From an uncultured Spirochaetota bacterium (lineage in GTDB: Bacteria > Spirochaetota > UBA4802 > UBA5550), in the NCBI GenBank assembly GCA_963827275.1, contig CAWHAA010000002.1, positions 276,566-340,565 on the forward strand: a stretch of 64,000 bases of DNA, in the 5' to 3' direction. The position numbers were made by a program, and so were the translations under genes. Every line of letters starts with the position of its first letter. Positions within the stretch are counted from its first letter, which is position 1. A model generated the notes under the pieces. That model was given only the letters and a program-made list of their open reading frames with translations, made no database searches and was not told where the DNA came from. Below are positions 31,861 through 42,772 of this stretch, in pieces.

Positions 31861-32766
31861 ATGATCCCGTTCATTTCAGATCGTTCCCGCGAAACACGGA
31901 GGGTCGTCCGGAACACGCAAGACATCATCCACCACCTTTCTGTGGACATCGGCGAGCGGACGATCAGGAAGTACGAAAACCTCGAGGAGTCCCGGCGGTA
32001 TATCATCGATTATTTCACGCGCTACGGGGGCCTTCCCCGGGAGGAAGCGTACGTCGCGTCGGGCCACAGGGTCGCCAACATCATCGCCGAGATCAGGGGG
32101 ACGGAACACCCGGAGCAGATACTGCTCGTGGGCGCGCATTACGACACCATAGAGGACACGCCGGGCGCCGATGACAACGCGTCGGGCATTGCCGGCCTGC
32201 TGGAAATGTACCGTCTCGTTTCCGGGTCCCGGTATAAAAAGACGGCGCGGTTCGTCGCCTTCACCCTGGAAGAGCCGCCGTTTTTTTCAACGGACCTGAT
32301 GGGAAGCATGGTGCACGCCAGGAATTGCCGGAAGCGCAAGGACCGGATTGATCTGATGGTCTGCCTGGAGATGATGGGCTTCGGCTCCCGGCGCTGCCAC
32401 CAGGATTACCCCGTGAACCACAACCGCGAAGAATACCCGGTGTACGGGAGCTACATGAGCGTCATCTCCCTGCCCTCGAATGCGGGGTCGGTGCATGAAT
32501 GGAGGAAGGTCTACAACGATCATGCCCGGTGCAAGATATATGAATACATCGGGCCTGCGTCGATTCCCGGGATGGACCTTTCGGATCACATGTCGTTCAT
32601 ACGTTCGGGCTATCCCGCGATCATGCTGTCAGACACGGGATTTTACCGGAACAAGCACTACCATTCTCCGGACGACACCTACGAAACAATAAATTTCAGG
32701 TTTTTGAGCGAATCAATCGTCACCTCAAGCGAGGCCCTGAAAGAGCTCCTCAACCGGGACGCATAG
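31861..32766 (+). CDS. M28 family metallopeptidase
   Basis: GAHYD, PGADDNASG, FTLEE, SDH, YH. Confidence 0.9.
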   Translation: MIPFISDRSRETRRVVRNTQDIIHHLSVDIGERTIRKYENLEESRRYIIDYFTRYGGLPREEAYVASGHRVANIIAEIRGTEHPEQILLVGAHYDTIEDTPGADDNASGIAGLLEMYRLVSGSRYKKTARFVAFTLEEPPFFSTDLMGSMVHARNCRKRKDRIDLMVCLEMMGFGSRRCHQDYPVNHNREEYPVYGSYMSVISLPSNAGSVHEWRKVYNDHARCKIYEYIGPASIPGMDLSDHMSFIRSGYPAIMLSDTGFYRNKHYHSPDDTYETINFRFLSESIVTSSEALKELLNRDA

Positions 32767-32778
32767 CAGGCGGGCCGG

Positions 32779-33918
32779 TCAGGCCCGCTTCAGCACCCCG
32801 AGCAGCTCCACGTGCGGGGTCTGGGGGAACATGTCGAACGCCTCTACTGACACAAGACGGTAATTTTGTAAAACTGCTACGTCGTCCCTGAAGGTCTTCG
32901 GATTGCAGGACATGTACACGATCGTACCGGCGGTCATCCTGTCGATCTGCTCCATGACCTTTTGCTGCATCCCGCTTCGCGGGGGGTCAAGGACGATGGT
33001 ATCGTACCCGTCCGGGCCTGATGAAAGGAAATTCCTCACGTCGGCCTGCACGAATTCGGCGTTCCCGATGCCGTTGATGCCGGCGCTGGCGCGCGCGGTC
33101 TCCACCGCCTCGCCGTTCACCTCGACGCCCGTCACGCGCTCCGCCGTCCCCGCGATGAAGAGGGAGATGCTCCCCACGCCGGCGCAGAGGTCGAGCGTCT
33201 TTCCCCGCACCTCGTCGCGGATCCTCCGGTACATCATGAGCGCAATCTCGGCGTTGGACTGGAAAAAGGAATTGGGGGTGATCCGGTAGCGGACCCCGTC
33301 GAACGACTCGTCGATGTGGCCGCGCTTCACGGTCTCCATGATCTCTCCGAAGCTCAGGTCGGCCAGGCCGCCGTTGTGGATGAGGCTTATCGAGTCGGCG
33401 TCGCCTTCGATCGCGGCGAGCAGCTCCCCGAGCCGGTTTTCCCGCTCCGCGACAACAAAGCTCGCCATGACCTCGCCGGTGTAGCACGTTTCCCGGAGCA
33501 CCGCGTAGCGGAGATAGCCCTTGTGGCGCAGGTAGTCGTATCCCTCGACTGCCTCGACAAGGGGCCGCATCTTTTTAAGCAGCGCGTCGGACTTTTCCCT
33601 CATGATGCTGCAGCCGCCGAGGTCAACCACGACGCGGAAGCTCCCGCCGCGGCGGAGGCCGAACCTGCCGAACGCGGCCACCAGGTCCATCCTGCTCCGG
33701 TAGCGGTAGGGATTCGAGGGGACGACCCGGTCAACGGCGCCCAGGGCGCCCAGCGTGTCGTTCACCATCCGCTTTTTCAGCGCGAGCTGGCCCTCATAGG
33801 GAATGTCCTGAAACAGGCAGCCGCCGCATTCGCCGAAGTGCGGGCAGGCAGGCGCCGCACCCTCCCCGCGGTACTCGTCGGCGAGTTTCCGGATAAATGT
33901 CTTTTCCTTTTTTTTCAT
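32779..33918 (-). CDS. rlmD: RNA m5U methyltransferase, RlmD/TrmA family
   Basis: CPHFGECGGC, FFQSN, LDPPRSG, YMSCNP, DMFPQTPHVE. Confidence 0.85.
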   Translation of the reverse strand: MKKKEKTFIRKLADEYRGEGAAPACPHFGECGGCLFQDIPYEGQLALKKRMVNDTLGALGAVDRVVPSNPYRYRSRMDLVAAFGRFGLRRGGSFRVVVDLGGCSIMREKSDALLKKMRPLVEAVEGYDYLRHKGYLRYAVLRETCYTGEVMASFVVAERENRLGELLAAIEGDADSISLIHNGGLADLSFGEIMETVKRGHIDESFDGVRYRITPNSFFQSNAEIALMMYRRIRDEVRGKTLDLCAGVGSISLFIAGTAERVTGVEVNGEAVETARASAGINGIGNAEFVQADVRNFLSSGPDGYDTIVLDPPRSGMQQKVMEQIDRMTAGTIVYMSCNPKTFRDDVAVLQNYRLVSVEAFDMFPQTPHVELLGVLKRA

Positions 33919-34039
33919 GATTGTATCGCTGAACCAGCATTGAAAAACATGGGGCATTGTTCAACACAAAAAAAGTGCCGGATAAGAGATTAAATTTTTT
34001 CTCTCGCAGAGGCGCAAAGACGCAGAGATATAATTATAA

Positions 34040-34157
34040 GGAATTTTCTACCTCTATAGATAAGGCCCAGGGGACACAACGCGTTTTATCTGTACCTGCC
34101 ACCTGTCAGATACGTCCCTTTCTAGAACAAAAAGCGCCGAACAGGAGCCTTGAAATT
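34040..34157. repeat. 118-bp diverged direct repeat, copy 1
   Basis: Ungapped match to 35464-35581, about 87/118 by manual count, 43/50 in the first 50 bp. Confidence 0.8.
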
Positions 34158-34199
34158 TGCCCGACCAACCAGTGCCGCGGTTCCCCGGATAGTCAAGAT

Positions 34200-35309
34200 T
34201 CATCTGCGGATGACCGGTGACAGCTTTTCCCATATATCATCGAGAAACAGAAACGGCACCGGCACTGAAGTCGGCTCCTCACCCATCCGCACAAGCACCA
34301 GGTTCTCCGACGGGACAATGCTCAGGTATTGGCCGTCTCTGCCAATGGCGCAGAACATATCGCCAGGAGCATGGGGGACAAGGCTTCCCGGAAAGACGAT
34401 CTGCGTTTCAGGGGCCATAAATGACTCCTTGCCATTGAGCCACCAGAGATACCCGTAGCTCAGGTTAAGGCCCTGGGAGGTTTTGACCATATCGTTAACG
34501 TATGCGGAATACCGCAGTATCGTACTGTTGTTCCAGGCCCCATGGTTTGCTATAAGCAGTCCGAACCTGGCCATGGAACGCGGGGTGCTGTAGTACACGT
34601 GGTCATCGCCGTTCCACAGCCAGAACCCGTCCATTCCGATTGTATCGCGGATGAAGGTGTTGAAATAATCGTTAAAATCCAGTCCCGAAGCGCTCGCAAA
34701 AACAGACTCAAGCAGGGTGTAGGGCCCGTTGTGATATGCCCACCGTGTTCCCGCGTCCGCCTTGTATACGAGGTCCTCCGGCAGGGTGCTGTGGCTGTTC
34801 GCGACTGCATCGTCAAGCCCTGTCGTCATCGTCAACTGGTGCCTGACGGTTATGAGGTCCTCCTGTCCCGGGTCCAGCGACGTCCATCCTGTTCCCAGAT
34901 AATCAGAGGTTTTATCGTGGATGGAAAGATACCCGTCCTCAACCGCTTTTCCTATCACGGCTGCCGTAAGCGTTTTGCCGGCCGAGGCCCAGTACCAGAT
35001 CGTGTTCATGTCAAACGGAGCGGTACCAGCATAATTATTCCCGAAGTACTCCTCTATCACAACATATCCGTTTTTCAAAACAATGAATGCCCGCGTTCCA
35101 TTGTCTTCCAGAAGAGTGAGAAGCGCGGGGAGCGCCGCTGTGTCCCAGCCCAGCGAATCAGGGTGTATTGTTTCCCATTCAGAACCGACAATGGGCGGGA
35201 AATACGATGCGCCGGGTATGAATACCAGGCTGTCCTGGCTTTCATCTGCACATGACATAGATGCGGCGACAAGAAAGGAGAAGATCAGGTTTCTTATAAG
35301 CTTATTCAT
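34200..35309 (-). CDS. Serine hydrolase, beta-lactamase-related lipoprotein
   Basis: SMSC lipobox-like site, SAGK (SxxK), WAYHN, YGYLWW. Confidence 0.85.
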   Translation of the reverse strand: MNKLIRNLIFSFLVAASMSCADESQDSLVFIPGASYFPPIVGSEWETIHPDSLGWDTAALPALLTLLEDNGTRAFIVLKNGYVVIEEYFGNNYAGTAPFDMNTIWYWASAGKTLTAAVIGKAVEDGYLSIHDKTSDYLGTGWTSLDPGQEDLITVRHQLTMTTGLDDAVANSHSTLPEDLVYKADAGTRWAYHNGPYTLLESVFASASGLDFNDYFNTFIRDTIGMDGFWLWNGDDHVYYSTPRSMARFGLLIANHGAWNNSTILRYSAYVNDMVKTSQGLNLSYGYLWWLNGKESFMAPETQIVFPGSLVPHAPGDMFCAIGRDGQYLSIVPSENLVLVRMGEEPTSVPVPFLFLDDIWEKLSPVIRR

Positions 35310-35463
35310 CAATTTTTCTGAAATACGCATCTCTATAAGAAAATCAGAACAGGGCAAATTTCACCGCCCGGTCCGGGAGCCGAAATGGGCTTCAATTATA
35401 AATAATATATCCTGCCAGGAGACGCGCGACAAACAAAAAGATCCATATTATTTATTATATAGT

Positions 35464-35581
35464 GGAATTTTCTAGTTCTCTATATAAGGCCCAATGGACA
35501 CAAAGCGTTTTATATGAAGCTGCTCCCTCTCATGTGAAACCCCCTCCGGCAGAAAAAGCGCTGGACAGAGGGCTTAAAATT
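35464..35581. repeat. 118-bp diverged direct repeat, copy 2
   Basis: GGAATTTTCTA...ATAAGGCCCA..GGACACAA.GCGTTTTAT shared with copy 1. Confidence 0.8.
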
Positions 35582-35699
35582 CTTGTCCTGAGCCTGTCGA
35601 AGGATCGCACGCGCCCCCTTCGGGGGACGGGGGGGGTGGTCCGATTCCGCAAGCGGGAAGGGGGGCAAGAGGTGGGGCGGCTCCATTACGGAGATGCCC

Positions 35700-37356
35700 T
35701 CAATCAAACAGCACAACTTTCTTCCCGGGAATAAACGCCGCGCAGCGGCGGCCCTGCAGGCATGCCCGCGCGAATTCGTCCGATTCTGCCCTGAAAAAAA
35801 CGGCCCGTTCAAGGTGGGCAATACGGAATTCCGCGCCCTGATAGCGGACTGTTTCTCCCTCCGCGCGCTCCCTGAAGAAGGACCACCCGTGTTTTGTTAT
35901 ATCAGCGGCACGGTCCGGCCTGAGCAGGGCCGGGTACCGGCGCGATCCCGTGCCGGCGCACCAGTCCCAGCGGAGGGCGTCGAGGAAAAAGCTTTTTTCC
36001 AGCGGAAACCGGGCGGCCGCGGCAGCGAGGAGGAATGCGGCGCAGGCCTCCCTGCTCCTGGTGGACGGCCCGGCGGGCGCGCCTGCGGCCAGGTCGCGAT
36101 ACAGGTCGAAGGGCGACCCGTAGCGCGCCGCCAGGGCGCCGAGGGTGACGGGAACATGCCCGGTATTGTACAGGCGGTCGACGAGATAGGCTATGCGTTC
36201 GAGCAGGCGCATTTCCTCCGCAGTGATCCAGCGCGTCGCTGAGGTCTGGTACGGCGCGTACGGTGAGAAGGAGATGCCGCACTCGTCCGCGCGCTCGCGC
36301 ATTTCGGTGCCGGGGAGCATCTTGAGGAAGCCGAGCTGGAGGTGGTGGGGCCCGAGCGCGTAGAGCGCGTTGAAGGAGCGCGCGACAGAGTCCATGTCGT
36401 CGTACGGCAGGCCGGCAATCAGGTCGAGGTGCACGTGGATGTTCCCCGGGCTGACAAGACGCCCGATCGCGGAGCGGTCGCGCTCCCATGCCCCGCCGCG
36501 GCGCACCGCGTCCCGTGCTGCCGGGTTCGTCGACTGCACGCCGATCTCGAACTGGAACAGACCCCCGGGACAGCGGGAGAGGAGCGCGAAATCCTCTTCA
36601 TCGAGATGCGAGGGATGGATTTCGAAGTGAAAGGTCGTTGGACCGCCGCGGTATTCATCGATAAGAAAATCCCATATCGCGCGGTAGCGGTCACGGTCCA
36701 GGTTGAAGGTGCGGTCCACGAACTTCAGGAGTTTCGGCCCGTGGGCCAGGATGAAACGGAGCTCCTCTTTCACGGTTTCCGCGCTTTTCGCCTCCGGCTT
36801 CTGGTCGGCCCGCGAGGAGAGACAGTAGGAGCAGCGGAACGGGCAGCCGCGGCTCGATTCGTAATAGACGTAGCGGCCGGCGAGCCCGTCAAGGTCGCCG
36901 TGCGCGTAGGGGAGCGGCAGGTCCGCGAACGGCGGATTTGGCTGGCTGATGATCTTCTCGCCGTGCCGGAAGCCCGCGTTCAACGAGGAGCCTGAAGGCC
37001 GCCTCTCCCGGTCCGGTTATGATGTAATCGATGAAGGGAAAATCCGCGAGCCATGACGCGGGGTTGTAGCTCACTTCCGGGCCGCCCAGAATGATGGCGC
37101 ACACCGGGAGGGCCGCGTGGAGCGCGGGCACTATCTCTTTTACCAGCTCCGTATTCCAGATGTAGACCGAGAGTGCGACCGCGTCTGGCCGCGCGGCGGC
37201 GAGGTCCGCCGCGATTGCCGCGGCCCCCCGGTTGATCGAGTATTCGCGAATGGCGATGTCAGCGCCGGCGCCGCGCGCGTACGACTTCAGGCAGTAGAGC
37301 GCGAGGCAGGAATGGGTATAGCGCGCGTTTACGGCGGCGAGGATGATTTTTTTCAT
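35700..37356 (-). CDS. B12-binding radical SAM protein, +1 frameshift near 36975
   Basis: LSVYIWN, LGGPEVS, then ESSRGCPFRCSYC, VDRTFN, LDLIAGLP. Confidence 0.88.
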
Positions 37357-37516
37357 TCTTGAGGTCCTCTCTGGTCTTGCCCGGGCTTTGCTATAGCATG
37401 CCGGTCCGCCGTAGCAAGGAAAAAATGATGCGGTGCCATATTCTTGACAGAAATCGTCCTGTATGATAGGGTGCATAAAAGCTCTTACTGATATTGTATA
37501 TGCAGGTGTTGCTGTC

Positions 37517-38862
37517 ATGCGAGTGGTGATTCTCGGCGCGGGCGTCGTGGGAATGCAGATCGCCTCCCAGCTGATTTCGGAAGGCAAGGATGTCGTTATC
37601 ATAGAGAAGGACCCGGAGCGGGCGAAATACGTCTCGGGCAGGCTCGATTGCATCGTCGTGAAGGAGGAGGGCACCGGCATGGCGGCCCTCAGGCACGCGG
37701 GCATGGATGACGCGTCCATATTCATCAGCGTCACCAACTCGGACGAGGTCAACATGATCGCCTGCGGCCTGGTGACGAGCGAGTTCAAGGTGCCGGTGAA
37801 AATCGCCCGCGTCAGGAACCTCGACTATTCCAACGCGAAGATAATGGAAAAATCGTTCCTGGGCATCGATTTCATCGTCAACTCGGAGGTGGAGACGGCG
37901 CGGCAGATCGCCAACACCATCGCCCTGGGCGCGGACAGCGACGTGATGCTCTTCGAGAACACTGACCTCCAGCTGCGGAACGTCGTGGTGCACATGGGGT
38001 CTTATTTCGCGAACAGGACCGTAAAGGAGATACGGAACCGTATCCGCGAGCCGTTCCTGATCGCGGGGATCATGCGCGAGGATGAATTCATTATCCCGAC
38101 AGGCGACACCGTCGTCATGGTGAATGACAATCTCTATCTCCTGGCGACGCGCAAGGATTTCACCAGGATCTTCATCAAGGCGGGCAAGAAGCAGGAGACG
38201 ATAGACCGCATCGCCATCGTGGGCGGGGGGCGCATCGGCGAGCTGGCGTGCGAGTACCTTATCAGGACCGGGAGGAAGATCACCATCATCGAAACGAACT
38301 ACGACCGCTGCAAGGTCCTCTCGGACCGCTTCCCCGACGCGCTGGTGCTCAATGCCGACATATCCGATGAGAGTATATTCGAGGAAGAGGAGATCGGGAG
38401 CCGCGACCTCATGGTCACCGTCACGGACAACCAGGAGCTCAACATGCTGACGTGCCTCTACGCCAAAATCATGGGGGTCAAGCGCACGATCGCGCTGGTG
38501 ACCAATGCCGGTTATCTCTCGATCGCCTCGCGCCTCGACATCGACGTGGCCATCAGCCCCAAGAACAGCACGGTTGACGCGATCTTGAAGTACATCCGGA
38601 GGGGGAACATCAAGGGCCTCCACAGCCTCTTCGGCGGCAAGGCGGAGGTGATTGAATTTATCGCCAACGAAAAGAGCGGCCTGATCGGGCAGACGTCTCA
38701 AGGACCTGTCCTTTCCCGAAAACACGCTCATTCTCTCCGTGGTCCGCGGGGAAAAGAACATCCTGCCCGGACGGGGATCTCGTCATAGAGCCGGGCGATC
38801 TGGTCATAATGATCGCGGCAAAGGAATCGATCTCGCAGATTGAAAGCTTTATACAGGGATGA
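37517..38862 (+). CDS. trkA: Trk potassium uptake NAD-binding subunit, frameshifts near 38690 and 38769
   Basis: Two RCK GxGxxG motifs (LGAGVVG, VGGGRIG), VTNSDEVN; C-terminus restored by removing two bases. Confidence 0.9.
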
Positions 38863-38875
38863 AAGACGGCGTGCC

Positions 38876-40332
38876 ATGAATCCCCTGATTCTCGTAAAAA
38901 TCATTTCAATACTGCTCGTCATCCTTTCCGGGTTCATGGCGGTGCCGGCCGGCATCGCGCTCTTCTGCGGCGAGGTCCTCTCGGCACACGCGTTCGCGGG
39001 CACGATGGCGGCCACAATCGCGGTTTGCCGGCGCCGTGCTCATTATCCTCCGTAAATACAGGGCTGACGTAATTTCGACCAGGGACGGGTTTCTCATGGT
39101 CACCCTGAGCTGGGTGATGGCGTCCGCCATCGGGGCGATGCCCTTTTACCTTTCCGGCGCCATTCCTTCGTATACGGACGCTTTTTTTGAGACGATCTCC
39201 GGGTTCTCGACCACCGGCGCTTCCATCCTCACCGACATAGAGTCCCTGCCGCGGTCTCTCCTCTTCTGGCGCTCCCTGACCCACTGGCTGGGCGGCATGG
39301 GGATCGTCGTTCTCGCCGTGGCGGTGCTGCCGCTCATGGGCATCGGCGGCCTCCAGCTGATCAAGGCGGAGGCGCCCGGCCCCACGGTCGACCGACTTAC
39401 GCCCCGCATCACCGGGACCGCCAAGCTGCTCTGGTTCATCTATATCGGGTTTACGGCCGCGCAGACCCTTCTCCTTATGCTGGGCGGGATGGACCTGTTC
39501 GACGCGTTGACGCACACGTTCGGCACCATGGCGACCGGCGGGTTTTCGGTGAAAAACGCCGGCGTGGGCTATTACAATTCAGCGTATATCGACGGGGTCA
39601 TCACGCTGTTCATGCTGCTCGCCGGCATCAATTTCACGCTCCATTACCGCCTCCTGACCGGCAGGCTCAAGCACTATACGGCGGGACTCGCGAATTAAAG
39701 GCGTATCTCCTGATCTTCGCGGCATCGACGGCGGTGGTGGCTTTTTCCCTGTACGGGACAACCTGCAAAACCGTCGGGGAGTGCCTGAGGTACGCCTCGT
39801 TCCAGACCGCCAGCATCATGACCACGACCGGGTTCGCCACCGCTGATTTCGAACAATGGCCGCTGCTCGGCCAGGTCGTTCTGTTTACTCTCATGTTCGT
39901 GGGCGGCTGTTCCGGCTCGACCGGCGGCGGGATCAAGGTGATGCGGCTGGTGATACTGTTCAAGCAGGCCGTCAACGAGATGAAGACTCCTCCTCCACCC
40001 GCGCGGCGTATTCGCGCTGAAGATGAGCGGCAGCATGGTGAAAAAGGACATCGTCTATTCCGTGTCCGGGTTCTTTTTCCTCTACGCGGCGGTGCTGCTC
40101 ACGGTCACCGCCATCGCCGCCTCCGCCGGGACACGATATCACCACCTCTTTTACCGCCGCCCTCACGACCCTCGGCAATATCGGTCCCGGCTTCGGAACG
40201 ATCGGGCCCATGGAAAACTTTTCGTTTTTCGAGGACTACGTCAAGTGGACCCTGTCGTTCGCCATGCTGGTGGGGCGTCTTGAGCTGTATACCGTCCTCG
40301 TGATCTTCCTGCCCCGGTTCTGGCGACCGTAA
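38876..40332 (+). CDS. trkH: Trk potassium uptake membrane subunit, several frameshifts
   Basis: [54 protein letters not shown] spread over shifted frames. Confidence 0.88.
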
Positions 40333-40452
40333 AAACCGCCTGCAAATCCCCCGCGGGGGCCTTTCACGCTGGTTCTATATGAAGGATTAATGTAAATAAT
40401 TTGGTTGAAAAATTTATGGCATGATTTTGTATTACACCTGACACAATTTCCC

Positions 40453-40503
40453 GGGGATGGAGTCCCCCCATAACCGCCGTTACAGACGGCTGATGACTCC
40501 TGC
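40453..40503 (+). ncRNA. Fluoride riboswitch (crcB motif)
   Basis: GGGGATGGAGTCCCCCCATAACCGCC...GGCTGATGACTCCTGC matches the GATGG(A/T)GT...GCTGATGAC(T/G)CCT(A/G)C pseudoknot core. Confidence 0.92.
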
Positions 40504-40535
40504 CGCGTTCGCGCGGCGGGGTCTGCATATATGCC

Positions 40536-40564
40536 AAATCCGCCGCACGGCGGATTTTTTTATT
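40536..40564 (+). terminator. Riboswitch expression-platform terminator
   Basis: AAATCCGCCG-loop-CGGCGGATTTTTTT directly before the GGAGG RBS. Confidence 0.75.
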
Positions 40565-40574
40565 GGAGGACCCC

Positions 40575-41822
40575 ATGCTCGATATGTTCATTATCGCCAC
40601 GGCCTGGCTCGCCCTGGCGGTGCTTTCAACGATCCTTGCCAACCGTCTCAAGATATCGATGGCGCTCATGGAAATATGCGTGGGCGCCCTGGCCGGGTAC
40701 ATCGCCACACGTTTTTTCGATCCCGACATATTAACGCCGAACGCGGAATGGATGCGGTTCATCGCCGGGTCCGGCGCCGTTCTCCTGACCTTTCTGGCGG
40801 GGGCGGAGCTCGATCCCGTTTCCGTCCGGAAAAAAATCAGGGAGGTTTCCGTCGTGGGCCTCATCGGTTTTTTCGCCCCCTTTATCGGCTGTTCGGCGCT
40901 TGCCTATTTTGTCCTCGGGTGGGACCCCCGCGCGAGCTTGCTCGGCGGTATTGCCCTTTCCACCACCTCCATGGCGGTGGTCTATGCGGTCATGCTGGAA
41001 TACGGCTTCAACAAGACTGAATACGGCAAGGGGATCCTCGGCGCCTGTTTCGTCAACGACCTCGGCACGGTCATCGCGCTGGGACTCATCTTTGCGCCCT
41101 TTACCTATAAAACGATCATCCTTTTTGCCTCGTGCATTGCTCTCATCTTTGTGCTCCCCCCGATTACGGCCCGGCTCACGCGCATCTACGGGAACCGGAC
41201 GGCCGCCATCCGCACGAAATGGATCGTTTTCGTGCTCTTCGGTCTTGGCGCCCTTGCGCTCTGGGCCGGGAGCGAGCCGGTCCTCCCGGCGTACATCGCC
41301 GGCATGGTGCTTGCCGGAAGCGTCGCGCGCGACGAGTTCTTCGTCCGGAGGCTCAGGACCCTTACGATCGGGTTCCTTACGCCGATCTACTTCCTCCGCG
41401 CCGGCTTCCTGGTTTCGATACCGGCGGTACTCGCGGCCCCGCTTGTGTTCCTGGCCCTGTTCGGCGGCAAGGTGATATCGAAAATATTCGGCCTCTACCC
41501 GGTGATCGGCAGGTTCAGGGAGAGCAAAAAGGAGCGCTGGTACTACACTCTGCTCATGTCAACCGGCCTCACCTTCGGATCAATCTCAGCGCTCTACGGC
41601 CTGACGCACGGGATCGTCACGCGCGACCAGTACTCGTTCCTGATCGCCGCGGTCATCGCGAGCGCGGTGGTGCCGACCATTATCGCCAACAAGGTCTTCC
41701 TGCCCGAGCATCTGCTCGCGGCACCCATGGCTGATGAAGAGGTGCCCCAGCTCGACATGGTAACGGACGATTGGGAAAGCGGTGATCTTGATAATTATTT
41801 GAAAAGGAAAGTGAAACGATAA
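40575..41822 (+). CDS. Cation:proton antiporter (CPA2/KefB-like)
   Basis: Multiple TM helices, FLAGAELD, LSTTSMAVV, FVND. Confidence 0.88.
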   Translation: MLDMFIIATAWLALAVLSTILANRLKISMALMEICVGALAGYIATRFFDPDILTPNAEWMRFIAGSGAVLLTFLAGAELDPVSVRKKIREVSVVGLIGFFAPFIGCSALAYFVLGWDPRASLLGGIALSTTSMAVVYAVMLEYGFNKTEYGKGILGACFVNDLGTVIALGLIFAPFTYKTIILFASCIALIFVLPPITARLTRIYGNRTAAIRTKWIVFVLFGLGALALWAGSEPVLPAYIAGMVLAGSVARDEFFVRRLRTLTIGFLTPIYFLRAGFLVSIPAVLAAPLVFLALFGGKVISKIFGLYPVIGRFRESKKERWYYTLLMSTGLTFGSISALYGLTHGIVTRDQYSFLIAAVIASAVVPTIIANKVFLPEHLLAAPMADEEVPQLDMVTDDWESGDLDNYLKRKVKR

Positions 41823-42059
41823 CGTTCATTAGTTATCAAGTTATCTATCGCTATCATTACAACGATATCTGTAAATTCGCTAAAATACTTATTTCACTGC
41901 ATTTATGGGTAACGGAGTCCTTCATAAATTGCAGAATTGTTATTGACTCTCAGAGTGGTGAAATATGCTTATTGTTATGAGAGCTTGATTTGCATGCATT
42001 ATTTATGTACAATTTTGAAAAACTTTGTAGTAAATATCAGGAAAAAAAGAGGTTTTACT

Positions 42060-42752
42060 ATGATTTACAGCCATGAGATTGAAACAATGTGCCCTGTTGC
42101 AAAAGGGGCAAATCACGGCCCCGCGCCAATACCGCAAGAGGGCAAATGGACGCAGGCAAAGGAAGTAAAGGATATATCTGGCCTGACGCATGGTATCGGC
42201 TGGTGCGCTCCGCAGCAGGGCGCATGCAAGCTTACGTTGAACGTAAAAGATGGAATAATCCAGGAAGCGTTGGTTGAAACATTAGGCTGTTCCGGCATGA
42301 CCCATTCCGCGGCCATGGCATCTGAAATATTGATCGGAAAGACAATTCTTGAGGCATTGAACACCGACCTGGTCTGTGATGCCATCAACACCGCGATGAG
42401 GGAATTGTTCCTTCAAATCGTCTATGGCAGGACCCAGACGGCATTTTCAGAAGGCGGGCTGCCGATAGGGGCTGGCCTGGAAGACCTCGGCAAGGGACTG
42501 CGAAGCACGATCGGAACAATGTACGGGACATTGTCAAAAGGGCCCCGCTATATGGAAATGGCCGAGGGGTATGTGACGCATATCGGCCTTGATGCCAACA
42601 ATGAAATCATAGGGTATGAATTTGTGCATCTTGGAAAAATGATGGACATGATTAAAAAAGGGACCGATGCCAATGAAGCGTTGAAAAAGGCTTCAGGAAA
42701 ATACGGGCGCATCGACGAGGCGGCCAAGGTCATTGACCCGCGGCATGAATAG
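42060..42752 (+). CDS. NifU/IscU-like protein associated with GGGtGRT
   Basis: GWCAPQQGACKLTL, GCSGMTHSA, DLVCDAIN. Confidence 0.85.
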   Translation: MIYSHEIETMCPVAKGANHGPAPIPQEGKWTQAKEVKDISGLTHGIGWCAPQQGACKLTLNVKDGIIQEALVETLGCSGMTHSAAMASEILIGKTILEALNTDLVCDAINTAMRELFLQIVYGRTQTAFSEGGLPIGAGLEDLGKGLRSTIGTMYGTLSKGPRYMEMAEGYVTHIGLDANNEIIGYEFVHLGKMMDMIKKGTDANEALKKASGKYGRIDEAAKVIDPRHE

Positions 42753-42772
42753 GAAAAGGGAGGAATATAACG

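Noticed and set aside
34001..35603. Short motifs CGCAGAGGCGCAAAGACGCAGAG (~34005) and GTCCTGAGCCTGTCGAAGG (~35585) resembling dispersed repeats
   Set aside because: Single copies in this window; cannot be supported as elements without a genome-wide search
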